A stretch of DNA of 64,000 nucleotides from Amoebidium appalachense (GCA_963693365.1 CAVNZM010000011.1:4410639-4474638), one strand, 5' to 3'. Counted from the stretch's first letter, positions 37,491 to 52,082 are shown. Made by a program: numbers and translations. Notes: generated by a model not told the origin, from the sequence alone.

Positions 37491-38899
37491 AAAGAGAACG
37501 GAAGAGAGGGGAGGGGGAGGGGGGAAGGGGGCAGGGGGGGAGGGGGGGAAGGGGGCTCTTACGTTGGTTGTCAGAATGCAAGGATTTTCTCTTTGACTGC
37601 CGGGTGTGGCTTGGTGAAGAGTCATCACCTGAGTCCGTGGCACCCTATATGCAAAATAGTTGGTAAAGTTTAGTATACGGTATTTGGTATGCAATAAGGA
37701 GGGGCAGGCTTGAAGGAAGAAAAAAAAAGGTTACGTTATCTGCTAGAAAGCTTATGATGTATCATGCCAGACAGTGCATTGTGATAGCCAAGGAAACCCA
37801 AAGCCGCAGAAAATGGTAGCTTAATTGTTCGTTTCCGGTGATCCCCCCCCCCCCCCTCCCCTCCCCCCCCCTCCCCCCCTCCGCCCGCCCATAACACACA
37901 CAAACACACACAAACACACACATCCCACCCCACAGCTTCGCTCCTCTCCCCGATCCCTAATCTGAATGCACGAAGCCGATAATTGTGCGTGGATGTGTGG
38001 TTTACTTGCATATCGTAACGGCTCACTGCGAAAGTGGACACGGGAGCTAGACACAAAGTGGATTAGGGGAGTGGTAGGTTGTTGTGAGAGGTGATGTGGT
38101 AGGTGTGCGTTTGGCAGAGAAAGAAGGGTGAAGGGGAGGGAGGGGGGGGGGGGGGGGAGGGGGGGGGGGGGGGGAGATGGGCAGATGGGCACAAGGGAGG
38201 GGGGGGGAGGGGGAAGGTGGGGGGAGAGGGGGAGGGAGATGGGCGCAGGGTGGGGGGGGGAGGGGGGGGGGGGGGGGGATGGGAACCAGCTCAAGAAAGT
38301 GAGAGGGAAGGAGAAGGCGGCGGGAGGGGGAGGGAGGGAGGGAGGGAGGCAGAGGGGGAGGGAGGGACGGACGGACGGAGGGAAGTGGGGGAGGGAGGGA
38401 GGGAGGGAGGGAGGGAGGGAGGGAGGGGGGAGGGAGGGAGGGAGGGAGGGAGGGTCGGAGGGAGGGAGGGAAGGAGGGAGGCAGAAGGGCTGTGTAGATG
38501 GAGGGAGGGTGGAAAGGAGGAAAGCATTTTTAGGATTACCGCGGGGGAATGGGGCATTGCGAAGAAACCAGGAAGGAACAATTTCTTAGCAGGAAAAGAG
38601 CGGCAGCAGGTATGACAAAGGAAAACTAGCTGTTTACGGGGGAAAAGGGAAGGGGATAGGCATCAGCCTGCGGCACTGTGGTCGAGACATTGTGGCAGCG
38701 CAGGCCCAGAGCAAGAGCCCTAACCACTTTGGCCGTGTCCGCGCAACGTGCACGCCCCTACGTGCCTACATGTTAGTCACTTGCTTGAAACACTTCATGC
38801 CCTCCCTCCCCTCCCCCCTCCCCCTCTCCCCCTCCTACCCCCTCCCCCTTCTCCCCCCCTCCCTCCCTCCCTCCCCCCCCCCCCCACACACACACACAC

Positions 38900-38937
<38 letters not shown>

Positions 38938-39693
38938 TTCCCCCCCTCTCCCCTCCCATGCCTTTTCCATCTCCTACCCCCACCTGCCTACCCACATCCC
39001 TACCACACCACACTCACCCAATGAAATAAGCAAAGAGACGGTTCAAGCACACATTTTTCCATGCAAAAAACAATGACATCCACGTTTCCTGCCTTTTTTA
39101 TCTCACTGCAACCACACCTGAACAAAAACACTTTCCCGTTCCACGTCCCTTCTTCCCTGCTAGCTCGACACTCCCCCCTACCCCTCACCTCCCCCCCCCT
39201 TTTGACCCCCTCCCCCTGTGCCCCCCACCCCCCCCTCCCCACACACACACACATGGGACCACCTCAAATCATCGACTTTCTCCCCTCCATACTAGTAGAG
39301 GAGGGAATCAGACATCATAGGGATACGCATATCATAAACACCCCTCCTCAGCACACCATTCCGCTATATATGTTGTCCTCCCAGCGTGCGGTATAACTAT
39401 TGTAGTTTAGAGGTTTTAGGTGGAGGTGTATGAACGGAAAACCATCTCCTTCCCACCGTCACCATTACCTTAAACAAGAGAGTGACAAGGGTTCGTGGGG
39501 GGCGGGGGGAGGGGGGGGGGGGGAGGGGGGGGGGGAGGGAGGGGGGAGGGGGGGGAGGGGGGGGAGGGGGGGGGAGGGAGAGGGGTGTAAAACTGGAGCA
39601 TGCATACATCAAGAGGACGAGCAAGTGATGAAACACCAGTATAGCAGATATTGGAGGGGGAGGCGAATACCAATCCATACACACACGCGTGCG

Positions 39694-39748
<55 letters not shown>

Positions 39749-40065
39749 CCACCCACCCATCCACCCACCCACCCACCCCCACCCCCCCTCACACACACGT
39801 GCGCAGGCGCCCCCCCCCCCCCCCCTCCCCCCCCTTGCCCCAAACCACCCACCCACCCACTTTACCCCTCCCCCCTCCCCTCCTCCCCCCCCCCCCCTCC
39901 CCCTCCCACACACACACACAACCACACACACACTAACACCCCCTCACCCACCCCTCCCCTTCCCCTTCCCCGCGCCCCCTTCCCCCCCCTCCCCCCCCCC
40001 CCCCCAAAAAAAAAAAAAAAAAAAAAAAAAACACCACCACCACACCTACACACGCACACACACAC

Positions 40066-42638
40066 CTGTTCTCTCAACAGGCTTCGCGTCACCAGCCTTC
40101 TCATACCAGTCCCACGCCACGGTGAAGTGGACTGACCGTGTGATGTGGATCGAACCGGCTTGTTCCATTTGTTTTCCTCCACTCGAATTTTATCGCCGCA
40201 TTGGATGGAAGAGAGACTTGCCCTTCGTTCTCGCAGTTGCCTACGAGGAGGGATCGTCGGTTTCTTGCTTGGACACGATTTGACTCCCTGTTGCTCTATT
40301 TCGCTTTCACTTTCACCCTTCTCTCCCTCCGAACCCACCATCCACTCCTCACCATCCTCATTATTGTTTCCTTCGTCCTGCTCATCGAGATCTATCTCTT
40401 CGTATAGCACAACTCTCCTCCGTTTACCCGACGCCTTATCCACAGTGTTCGACTCATTTCTCTCACCAGGCGCTCCGCTGGACAGTACCCCCGTACGGTC
40501 CCTCAGGTCTCGGCTTCTCTTTTCTGCTTTCTGTCCCTGTTGTTTCTCCCCTTTATCAGTATCCTTCCTTCTTTCCCCGTCTTCGTATCCATGTTCCTCC
40601 GTTTCCAAGACCTTGCTCTTCTTTCCGGTCTTACCTCCTCCTCCTGTTTTCCTTTTGCCCTCATCCTCTCTCACGCTCTCTTCAGCCCTCCTTCCTTCAT
40701 CAACTCTGCCCCCGATCCCATCTTTCTCCCTCCCCCTCTCGTTCTCTTTCTCCCCTTAAGCCCCCCCTCGTTTTTCGTTTCTGTTTGTATCCCGTTCTTC
40801 ACCCCTCTTTCTTTCACCAGCCTTTCCCCTCATGCTATCTTTCTCCTTCGGCCTCTCCCTCTCCTTCTCGTTCTCCCCTGCGTCTCCCCCTCGTTTTTCG
40901 TTTCTGTTTGCCTTCCACTCTTCGCCCCTCTTTCTTTCATCACTTTGGCCCCCCATGCCCTCTTTCTCCTTCGGCCTCTCCTTCCCTTTCTCCCCTCCGC
41001 TTCCCGCGCGTTTTCCGTTTCTGAATTTCTCCCGTTCTTCATCCGTCTTCCTTTCATCACGCCTTCCCTCCATGACATCTTTCTCCTTGGGCATCTCCCT
41101 CTCTTTCTCTACTGGGTTTCCCCCCTCTTGCTCGTTTCTGTTTGTCCTCCGACCTTCACCCCTCTTGCTTTCATCCCCTCTCCCCACCATACCCTGTTTC
41201 TCCTTCGGCCTCTCCCTTTCACTCTCTTTCGCCCCTGCGTTTTGCACCTCCTGTTCCTTTCTGTTTGTCACTTGTTCTTTCCGAGTTCTGCCTTCGTTTC
41301 CCTTCTCTCTCCCTTTCCCTCCTGTCATTCGCTCACCCTCCTCTCTCACTTCCTCTCCGGTTTTCCCATCCCTCCCCCCACCTCCACTCACACTTACCAA
41401 TTCCGTCCCGTTTTTCTTCGGCCCACTCCATGTCAATCGGCAAAGACCTAAAACTCGGTATGTGCTCCACCATCGATATCTTCTCCCTGCACTGAGCATA
41501 CACGTGCATGTCCACAGGGACGGATGTGTCCCCACGAACCTCCAACATGCGCCCCAACTCCTCAAGATTCGCCAAAAGGGAACTGGTCTCCCTATTCAAA
41601 CGAAGCCGTCTGTCTGCGGCTTGGTCTTGTGCGTTCTGGAGCAGGAGTGCATGTTGGTCCCGTGCTGCGGCTTTGCTTTTGCGGTACTTTTCCCGTGCAG
41701 CGTAGCGTCGAGCGTGACGTTCCTCGAGCAGCTGTGGGGGGAAAGTTGGACGAGAGATGTGAATATGTGCAAGAGTAAGGGTTGCAGGGCCCCGGAAAAA
41801 TGGGATTAGACATGTGGGAGTTAGCAGGCGGGGAGGGGGGGGGGGGGGGGGGGGGGGAGGCAGGGGGGCCGGGGGGAGGGGGTGCGGGAAGGGGGAATAC
41901 GGAAGGAGGAGTGAGGAGGAACTTTTGATACAGAAAAGGGGATAGTAAGATCGAGCTTGTCATGCTTGGAGGGGGGCCCGGGGGGAGGGGGGGGGGCGAG
42001 GGGGAGGGGGGATAATGGAGGGGGGAGGATGGGCGGGGAGGGGGGGGGGTGAGGGGGGGGAGGGGGGAGCGGAGAGGGGGGAGGGAGGGGGGGGGGATAG
42101 GGGAGGAGGAGTGAGGAGGAATTTTTGATATAGAAAAAGGGATAATAAGATCGAGCTAGTCATGCTTTGAGGGGGGCCCGGGGGGAGGGGGAGGGGGGGG
42201 GGGGGGGGACGGAGGAGGGGGGGGGGGGGGGGGGGGGGGGGGGAGGGAAGAGAGATAGAGAGAGAGAGAAGGGGGAAGGGATGGCATTGTGCAAAGGCAA
42301 TCAGAGCAGACCGTGGTTGCAAGAGAGTTGCCTAGGTGATAGTAGGCTTGTGTGCCAAATGGAAACGAAAAGAAGAGGCTGAAAAGAGTAGGGGATTGCT
42401 GTGTATGCAAGGCCCGTGGGGAGAGGGGAGACGCGGATTTGGGGTGGGCGGGTGGGTGGGGATAGGGTGTGTGTGGGTGGGTGCAGGGGGGGTGATGGTG
42501 GCAGAAGCAGGTGTTGGATATATGATGTTTTTTCAGGAAGATGTTGGCGCGCGGGTTGAGGGTTGGGGTGTGGAAATGGGGGTGGAGGGTGGGAGGGTGG
42601 GAGGGTGGGAGGGTCGGTGGGGGGAGGGGGAGGATGGG

Positions 42639-42689
<51 letters not shown>

Positions 42690-42712
42690 GTTGGGGGGGG
42701 GCACGGGGAGGA

Positions 42713-42743
<31 letters not shown>

Positions 42744-45100
42744 TCGGAGAGCAATAACATGTAGGATCACCCAAAGGAGGAGAGGTGTAAATAGTAGGAC
42801 ATACAGGGGACAGGTGGGGCTTAGAAGGGGAGAGTGGGTGTGCACAGGGAGAAAATGACATTGCATGTTAACAGTCAACAGAGTAGAGCAGAAAAAAATT
42901 GTGAAAGGGAGGGTAGAGGTGAGTGAGGGGCTGGGGAGAGGGGAGGGGAGGGGGGGGGGGGGGGGGGGGGGAGGGGGGGGGAGGAACTGGGAAGGAAAAG
43001 GCCTGAACGACAGAGACTGATACAAGAGAATGAAAGACAAAGAAAGCAGTTGATTGAGAAACGAGGAGCAAGGCAAACAGACTGAGGAGATTGGGGGGGG
43101 AAAGGCAGGTCTATCGTTGGTATTGGGGCACGAATGGCGGCTAAAGACGATGAAAAGGGTGGAGGAGAAGAGAAAGGTCACAGGGGCAGGAGGGGATGGG
43201 GGCCGGGGGAGGGGGGGGGAGGGGGGAGGGTTGTTGAGGGCTGGGAGGGAGGGTGGTGGTGGTAGTGGGGGTGGGGGGGGTGGTGGTGGTGTGTGTGGGG
43301 GGGGTTGGGGCGGGGGGGAGGGGGGAGGGGGAAGAAGGGGCGAAATATAAAGATATGACCTCAAACACACCTGCATCTCCTTCTCTGCCAACACATCCCT
43401 GCAGCAGCCCGCGTGAGCACGAATGGCCGCATTTGCGTCTGCAATTAAGCCTTCCAGCCTGGGCTCATATTCGGCAAGGAACTCCGCCACCATTCTGCCA
43501 AATTTCGACCGTCTTACCACTTTGTCCGTCTTGTAACACATGTGGTGGCTGTCCATAACGCAAAAAAAAGCACAGGAAACAATTTCGTTGTGCCTTAAAC
43601 ACACAAACTCCTCCGGCTCACCGTGAACACAGCATTTACTGGAGGGTGACGTATCCTCGCTGGGAAGTGAAGTCGGCACATGTGGGTGGTCTTTCCCTTG
43701 CGTAGGAGCAGAAGGCACTGGGGACGGGAGACCTGTGGGTACGTGTGGGGGTGTCTGATGGGTGCGGACGTCGCTTGTTTCTCCGCTGTGGTGGTGGTGG
43801 TGATGCATGGGGGTGGTGGCATGGGTGGATCTATAGGCAAAGCCGGTGGGGGTGGATGTGGCCGTGTGGATGGGTGGGTTGACGGCACGGTGGTTTTGGG
43901 TGGCAGTTGATACGGGGGTGGGTGGGGAATCACGGGCATAGGGGCAGGCTCATTCCTCTCAAACGATCCGTCAGTTGGCGGAAAGGACGTGAATGGGTGA
44001 TGGGGGGTGGCAGGCGGTGGCGGCTGCTCCTGGGGGTGCTCTGGGGGGTCTGGGTATAACGTCTCGTCTTGGTGGTTGCTGTAGGTGTCGCGGTTGGGGG
44101 TCGGAGACGCCAAGGAAGACACTACAGAGCCGCGATCAGGACTAGTATTGTGGGTGTGTTTTCGGAGTGATGCAAGGATACGCTGGTTAAGTGGAACGTC
44201 GTCTATGGTGCCGGTAAGGAGAAGTGGGTGAATGGAACGGCACGACGGACACACCACCGTTGCAGGTGCACGGGGATCGGAGGGTGTGCTGGTGATGGAT
44301 TGGAGAACACACTCGCGGCAAAACGTGTGTGCACAGGGGAGGACAAGGGGCTGACGGTCGGTGTTGTTAAACATGTAGGGACACTTGGAGCACTCGAGCA
44401 CACTCTGAAGCTCAAAGTCGAAATTCGTGCAGGTGCTGTGTGGCGATTTGGGGTGGGGTGGAGTGAAGTTGTAAAATGATTGGGGGGGGGGGGGGGGGGG
44501 GGGGGGGAGGGAGGAAGGGACGGGGAATCAGGTCGGTCTTGGGCGGTGGGGAAGGGAGGGGGAAGAGGAAGACGAGGGGGGCAGGGGGGAAGGGGGAGAG
44601 GTGGAGGGCAAGGAGGAACTAGGGGTTTTACGGGCAGGAACGAGGATAAATAGTTGGAAGAGGGAGGGGGGAAAGGAGGGGTACGAGGAAAGATGAGTGT
44701 GATGGAAGGAAGAGGGAGGAAGAGGGACCCGAGGGGAAGGAGGAAGGTGGGGGTGGGGTGGTGGTGGTGGTGGTGGGGGCAGGGGGGGGGGGGGGGGGGG
44801 GGGGGGAGGGGAAGAAGAGGGGGAGAGAGAGGGAAATAGAGAGGGAGAAAGAAAGAGAGGAGCAAGGAAGAGAAGAAACCGGAACTAGAGAGGAGGAGAC
44901 ATGCCCTATAGTGAGTTGGAGGAGTAAATGGGAGGGGAATAGTGAAGGGAAGGGTAAGTGATGGGTGAATTCTACCTCTGCAACGACCCAATCGTCTGCC
45001 TTGACCTGCCCCTTCCTCTCCATACAGCAACACTCCATCTCCCCCTTCCCTTCGTGCCCCCCTCCCCTCCACCTCCTCCCCGTCTCCCCCCCCCCCTCCT

Positions 45101-45138
<38 letters not shown>

Positions 45139-45309
45139 CGCACATACACACCACCACCACCACAATTCAACCTCCTCAAGTTTTTGGAATTCCTAGCAGG
45201 CAGGAGGCTCTACTTTAGTCCAGTGCATTTTAGCACGAGAGCGCCCCCCCCCCCCTCCCCCCCCCCCCCCCTCCCCCTTCTCCAAACACACAAACACACA
45301 CACAGACGC

Positions 45310-45360
<51 letters not shown>

Positions 45361-48215
45361 TCCACCCTTCCCCTTCCTCTCCCCACCCCAGAAAAAAAGG
45401 GAGAAATAAGACGAAGAAAACCTTAAACGACACCCTAGGGAGCATCTTCTTTACATACCTGGGAAACAGTGAGTTACCATTCAAGTGCAGGGGGGGTGCC
45501 GCATCCACAGGCGCACACGCATACACCGACTTATCCTCACTGCTCCGTCCGGTCACCATAAAACGGGGAGCCTCGAGCGCGCAGGGACCGACAATCGGGG
45601 CATTTTGCCGAGTGATGTTTGCATTTGTTGGCCTTGCGGGTGTGTAGGTGTCCAACCCCGCGTCGATGGAATACAAGTTACGCAAGCGGTTGTCCGTTGC
45701 CGAATTTGTCACCGTGGGTAGGTGAATGGGAGGCTGGCCGGAGTTTGCGTTCTGTTTGGGAGCTTCGGTTGGTGTGAGGAGGAACGCGCTGGGATTGGTG
45801 GTGGTATAGTAGGTTGTGGGTGGTGTGGGATCCCGAACGTGTATGACTGACAAAGGTAGAGGTGAGCGCTCCATCTCCCCCTCCGGATTCGAATCGCCCC
45901 ATGAGTAGCCTATGGCTAACTGGCCTGCTCCGTTACTACCCCTCTCCATTGCCACGTTAGGTTTGGTTGCTCGCAAGGAGATTTCGTATCCAGGTAGAGA
46001 GGAATCCTCGCCCGTCACGTTTCTTTCCATCCTAACTAGAGAACTTTCATGCGCCGATGCCAAATCCTCCGTTCCCGTGTCAGACCATGGTTGGTGGGCT
46101 CTGTGAGAGGATGGAAAGTGGACGAAAAAAGGACCCTCGGTTTGACCCACGTTCCCACCGTCGAAATCTCCTCGTTCGTCTCCACCTTCCTCCTCCTCCT
46201 CGGAATCTGTCAAATTATACCCGGTGTCAGGGGAGGGGTTTTTTTGCTCAACGGCTAGCGACAAGTAGTGGTTTGAGCGGTTTGGGTGACGGTGTGGGTG
46301 AGGGGCAACCGCAAAATCCAAACACTGTTCCTTTTCCACTACCACAGGCGCAGGTGCAACTGGCTGAATTTCAACAGAAAGGTCCTCGTGCGCGAAAAAT
46401 GGCGGTGGTTCGATTTGTGTGTCGTTTGCTTGTGTGCCGTTGGTTTCAACAAGCAACGCTGGTGTTTCGCTCGCTGCATAGGCCGGGGTGATATGCGGAA
46501 CGGTGGGTGGTTTTGTAAGTGAATTTGTGGTTTGGGCCGGTGCGGTGGGTGGGTTTGTGTGTTTGGATATCTCCTTTGGACGAAAAGGCGGAGACGGTTC
46601 ATCAAGTAGTAGGGAAGGAGGACCGGTGGAGCACACCAAGAGGGGAGCAATGGACAGTTGTTTTTCAGCAGCTCGCGGCAAAAAGCCTGGGGGAGTACGT
46701 TTTCCTGGGGTTGTTGCTAAGGGGGGGCATGTTTCGTTATCTTGTTCCTTCGCCTTGACCATGAACGCCGCTAGTTTCGGAGCGTGGAGGTAGCGTGTAT
46801 CCGTCTTTCTTGGTGTTTCGGCACTTTCTTTGCATGGCGGTGGGTCATGAGTGATCGATTTTCCTTTCTTGTTCGGTTGACACGAATCCGTGTTTGTGTT
46901 GAAGGCGGTGGTTTCGTTTCTTTTTCCCGGAAGCGGGGTGCTGGTTGGTGACCGCTTGCTTGATTAGCGCAGGACACTCATTAAACCCTGCCCCGACTTC
47001 CTTGCAATGACAGCGCTCAGACCGATCCCTTTCCCATGTTCACTTCCTTCTCCTCTCTCGTTGCAAGTCTCCCCGCTGCTCTCCCCTTCTCTCCTGCAAG
47101 CTTTTTCGTTCCCTTTGCTCCTTCTCTCTCCCAACCTCCCTTTGCCTATCCCTCTTATCCCTCCTATCCCTCTCTGCCCCGTGTATCCTCTCCTCGTTTC
47201 TAGCTTCACCCCGTTGTGTCTTGTCATCCCCACCATTCCTTTCTTCCACCCGAGCAGGCTCGTTCCTAGTGCCCATTTCTCGGTTCTTGACCACTGTCCC
47301 ATCTGCACATTTCCCATTCACGTTCCCAGCATCCTTCCCTTCCTTCCTTTCGGCTTCCTTTCTTGTCCTTTCACCCCCCCGAGAATCCACCCTAACCCCT
47401 TCACTTTCCTTGTTCTCAACACTGTTTCCTGAAACAAACCCTCGCCTTTCTCTACGTTTCTCATTTCTTTTCATCTCTTCTCTTCTCTCCTTGCCCCCTG
47501 CAACACCACCCACACCTTCATCGTCCTGTCTCTCATCCTGTCTTACCACTTCCCTTTGCTCCCTCTGTACTTCTCTTCTGCTTTTCTCTTCCCCTTCTAC
47601 ACCCTGGCCACGTTTGGCGGAGGTGAACGTGGATGGAGTGTTGGTGTTTTCCTTTGTTCCTTTGATCTGGTTACCATTCCTCCGGTTTTCCTTCACCAGC
47701 CTTGCTTACCTTTCCATCTTCACGGGCCAACACATCTCTCCCAACCGGTGACTGGTGTTCTGGAGAGGTTTCAGATATCACTTGTCCGGAATGGAGTGCG
47801 CTCGAAATTGCGCTGGCCTTTGGGGCTGCTCCACCGGGTGAGGTCTTTTCTCGCTCTCTCCAGTCTCTCTCACTCCTACCTCTGTCGATTCTGTGGTTCT
47901 TTAAGAAATCCCTTCCACTCGAACCGTCTCGATTCCTTTCCCTCCAATATTCTCTTCCTTGTTCTCGGTTTTGCACCCGTTTGCAATCCCCACTGTCCTG
48001 ATTCGTATTCCCGTCGTGTGAACATTTCCAGGAATTCCGGTTTTCCTGGTTGCAGTGCTCGGGAACTTTGGTGGGTGGTTCAGGACGAGGTGGAGGCGGC
48101 AGTGTGCGGTATGTTGAAGGAGGTGGCTGGTTTGTGTTTTGCTGACAGTACGAGTTGTTGTACAGCGTTTGGTAAGGTGCCTGGGGGGCAGGAGGCTGTG
48201 CCTGTGCATGTATAT

Positions 48216-48286
<71 letters not shown>

Positions 48287-48334
48287 CATGCTTAGTGCGT
48301 GCCTGTGAGCGCGGGCGTGTGTATGTGTTTGTCT

Positions 48335-48379
<45 letters not shown>

Positions 48380-49106
48380 AGGGGGGGGGGGGAAGGGGTT
48401 ATGGCCGAGATACCAAGGGGTGCAAGAGAAAGAAATAGGGTATTGTTGCAGGGGTATGAGTAAAGGGGTGGTGGTGGTGGTGGCGGTGGGGAGGGAGAGG
48501 AAAAAGAGAAAGCTGAAAAGGGAAGGTTGGGGAGGGGGGGAGAGAGAGAGAGAGGGAGGGAAAGGGAAGGAAGGCATAACCGAGGCCAATGTTGATGGGA
48601 GGTGAGATGAGGCAGGGAAGCAGAGAAGGGGTCGACGGGAAGGGGTGTGTGTGTGTGTGGTGGTGGTGGGGGGGGGGGGGAAAGGGGAGGCAACAAAGGG
48701 CCCCGCTATGGAGGGTGAGAAGTGGGGGGGTTGTGGGGAAGGGAGGGGGGTTTGGGGGGAGGGGGCTGGGCAGAGGAATATTGGGCTTCTGAAGGAGGTG
48801 TGAAGTGGGGGTCAAGGGGGGGGATGAAGGTTCCAGAGACAAGGGACACCCACATATCTTCGTATTGTTAATGTTGTGGAGCAGCATAACAGCGGTAAAA
48901 TGAGCTGTTTGCTCATTTACAATGCAAATAATCTTGTCTGTGGATTTATGCCATGCCTAGCTCTTCCTCCACACCATCTGACCATTCAGTTTGTTTTCCG
49001 TTTTTCTACACTGCCATATTTTGGCATCTTTTTACTGAACGATGTCTCCACTTTATTATCTGGGTCGAGGGGTGGATGCGTTCGGTTGGTTTTTTTTTTT
49101 TTTTTT

Positions 49107-49137
<31 letters not shown>

Positions 49138-49532
49138 GGGGAGGGGAGGGGGGAGGGGAGGGGGGGCGGGGGAGGGTGGGTGGGTCGTGAGGTCGGAGGG
49201 TGTATGACGATGTGGTGGAATAAAAATGCCTAAATTTGGCAACTGAAGATTAAATGTTGCGGGAATGAGCGACATGCTTAGTAAAACAAGTTTCGATGCC
49301 ATAAGGTGCCCACATCACGAAAGTCGACGTGGATATATGTTACTCAATACACATAAGGAGCAAGCAGCCTAAGGACAAACAACACGCAACGACCGCCCAC
49401 GTGCACAACTAAACATCTTACCTGGTAATTATAGCCTTGAGGGTATGGGTGAGCGGCATCAAGTGCTGAGGCGGTAGGGAACAGGTCGGCCAATAGCTCG
49501 GCGTGTTGGGATCCCATGTTATGCCGTTCCAA
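40066..49532 (-). CDS. Large RING-B-box-coiled-coil (TRIM/RBCC-like) protein B, frame-interrupted (pseudogene, or short introns plus assembly indels). Exons about 49532-49422, 48180-45459, 44435-43371, 41731-41398, then 41354-40066; possible terminal exon 38757-38626
   Basis: Intact C3HC4 RING ([29 protein letters not shown]), B-box (CCVH..FVCLRH..C..C..H) and coiled-coil exon ([21 protein letters not shown]). Canonical joins CAG|GTAAGA, AG|GTATGT and CAG|GTGTGT are phase-consistent. Breaks: 1-nt deficit at the G5 run 43809-43813, frame changes near 47.7, 47.0 and 41.4 kb, and an in-frame TAA at 40756-40758. Confidence 0.7.
40700..41280 (-). repeat. ~120-bp (about 40-aa) charged coding tandem repeat, about 5 units
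   Basis: Repeated [16 protein letters not shown]....NRNE peptide; TTTCTGTTTG recurs at about 40778, 40901, 41135 and 41258. Confidence 0.8.
41900..42185 (+). repeat. Two-copy local tandem duplication in a TRIM-B intron
   Basis: GGAGGAGTGAGGAGGAAYTTTTGATAYAGAAAA..GATARTAAGATCGAGCTWGTCATGCTT x2. Confidence 0.85.
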
Positions 49533-51145
49533 CTAGGCGTGGGTTGTGGAGCACGTCAGGGTGGTTGGAGAGGGAGACCACCGGGAGGGCCGAACCCCTG
49601 TGAAGGAACACTTGAAAAAGGGGCAGGTGGACGTTGGGTCGGATAAAGCCCTTAGGATGGGCAGGTGATGGTAGATGGAATCAGGTTGTGCTCGAGCTAT
49701 ATCAGTAGTAGACATAATGGCATATTTTGAATTGCATCGGCTTGTGTGCCAGAAATGTGCGAGAGGAAAAATCTGTTGGATGTAAGCCCGAGAAATTGGC
49801 TTGAGGTTGTTAAGGGAAAACCCCGACCAGAAATCACCTCGCAACGAAAACACTAGCGTGTAAGGTCCAGCATAGTTTAACAACTGCTTTCAAGCAAACT
49901 CCAAAGAATGGGGTTAGGTGAGCATTACCAATCTGCAACCTGAAATGAAACCATCTTCTTCCCGTATACGGGAGGGGAGGTGTAAAGGGGAAGAGGAGGG
50001 GGGGAAAAGGATGGGTGGGGAGGTAGAATTTAAGCACTTGCCTGACATGTTCTGTTGCTGGTTCGAGCGCGCCTCCTTGGCCCCATAGTACCCATACATT
50101 CCTCCTTGTAACATTTGGGAAACTGAGAATGAGGGGGAAGAAAATAGAAACACTTATAGACATATGCTTCCTATCTGCCTACAGAGATGTACAGTTCCTC
50201 AGACTAAAGAGATTCCAAAGATTCCTTCACTTCTTTTGAATTGTTAAAAAGATCCTTCCAGGTTCATGTTCAAGGTGCATACCTACACAAAGCCTTGTCC
50301 AGATTCAGCCGGTGACAGCTCCGTGTCTTCTGGCGAAAACTTCTACGAGGGCTACCAAAAACATACGTAAAAGCAGAAAGAGAGAAAGAAAGAGGGAAAA
50401 CCTTCATCCGCGCTTGCAAGCCTTCCTGCACACTTGTTTTTTGCTCTAAAACGCACCTTCTCTGTTTTGTGTCCCTTCGCCTGAAATGTTACAAAAAGCG
50501 TTTTGCCGCGCTCTTCGTCTGAGAAGTGATTGGCTAAAATTGCATCCACTTTTTTCTTTATATGGTAAGTCTGCCACCAAGCGCCACCTATTGTGAAACC
50601 TCGGCCGCGGGAGCTCGAGTTCCGGCCCGTGCCCCAGCCCCCAGCCCCACTCCGTGAGGACCCAATTATGTTAACACTAGCACCGATAAACACACCCACA
50701 AGCATTTTTTTCCTGTGGAAAAGTGAACAGGTTTTTGTTCATCTATACATTTTTTATCTTTATGCATGTTTAGCTCTTGGAAGTGCCACCCGACTTGTTT
50801 GCTCGCTTCCCACATATGGTATCTGTGCGAACTAGATGGGAGCGAAACCTCGGGTGTATCGCTGCATTCTCCGCTCCATATGACATGGCCGGATCTGCAT
50901 TGTGCGTGCACATGAGCTCATTGAGCAGCCCACAAGGGTTCGCACACAATTTTTTTTATCAATGTTACAATCAAGTTATATTTACACACATTGGACGTGC
51001 ACGAGAGCTCATTATACATATGTAATTTTAATTACCCACTCTTTTTCATGCCCTCCCGGCCTGCAACAGCAATTGCAGCGCACCCCGCTCTACCATGGCT
51101 ATGCTGACCCCCCCCCCCCCCCCCCCCCCCCCCCCAAGAAAAAAC

Positions 51146-51195
<50 letters not shown>

Positions 51196-51782
51196 AACAA
51201 GCCCATCCCTGGCGTATTATAAGTGTACACCTCATACGTGTATACTTCATACTTGTATACCACGAGCACACTCTTACACACAGACACGTGCGCACACACA
51301 CACACACACACACAGTGTCACACACACAAACATGTACCACATCATGATTTGGAGTGCATAGTAAGCCTCAGGCCTGCCTGCCCCCCCCCCCTCTTTTTTT
51401 TTTTTTTGGCTTGTGACGTGTGTTTCTGTGTGTGTGTGTGTGTTTCTGTGTGTGTGTGTGGGTGTGTGTGTGCGTGTGTGTGTGTGTGTGCGTGTGTGTG
51501 TGTGTGCGTGTGTGTGTGCGCGCGCGTAATGTGGGGGAGGGCAGGGATTAGCTTTTCCAAGCTTGCATTACATATATCTCCTTGCTTGTTGTAGCACCCA
51601 AATTGACTCATAATGAGTGCCCCTGGCCATCGCTTGTTTTCATACAAGTACACAGGTGCATACACATACAAAGGTGCCACTGGTGCCATTGTCTGTACTG
51701 TCCAATATGCACGAAGGAAAGACAGTTACAATACTTGATTCATCGTGACATCTAAATGACCATGTTATGTTTTTTCCTGTGT

Positions 51783-51960
<178 letters not shown>

Positions 51961-52032
51961 TGTGTGTATTAGTATTGGTGATGGTGGTGGTGGTGGTGGT
52001 GGTGGTGGTGGTGGTTGTTTTTTTTTTTTTTT

Positions 52033-52082
<50 letters not shown>

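Noticed and set aside
35580-38620. Plus-strand exon-like islands (e.g. 37576-37663 ECKDFLFDCRVWLGEESSPE...)
   Set aside because: No consistent in-frame chain or recognisable homology could be built; left unannotated.
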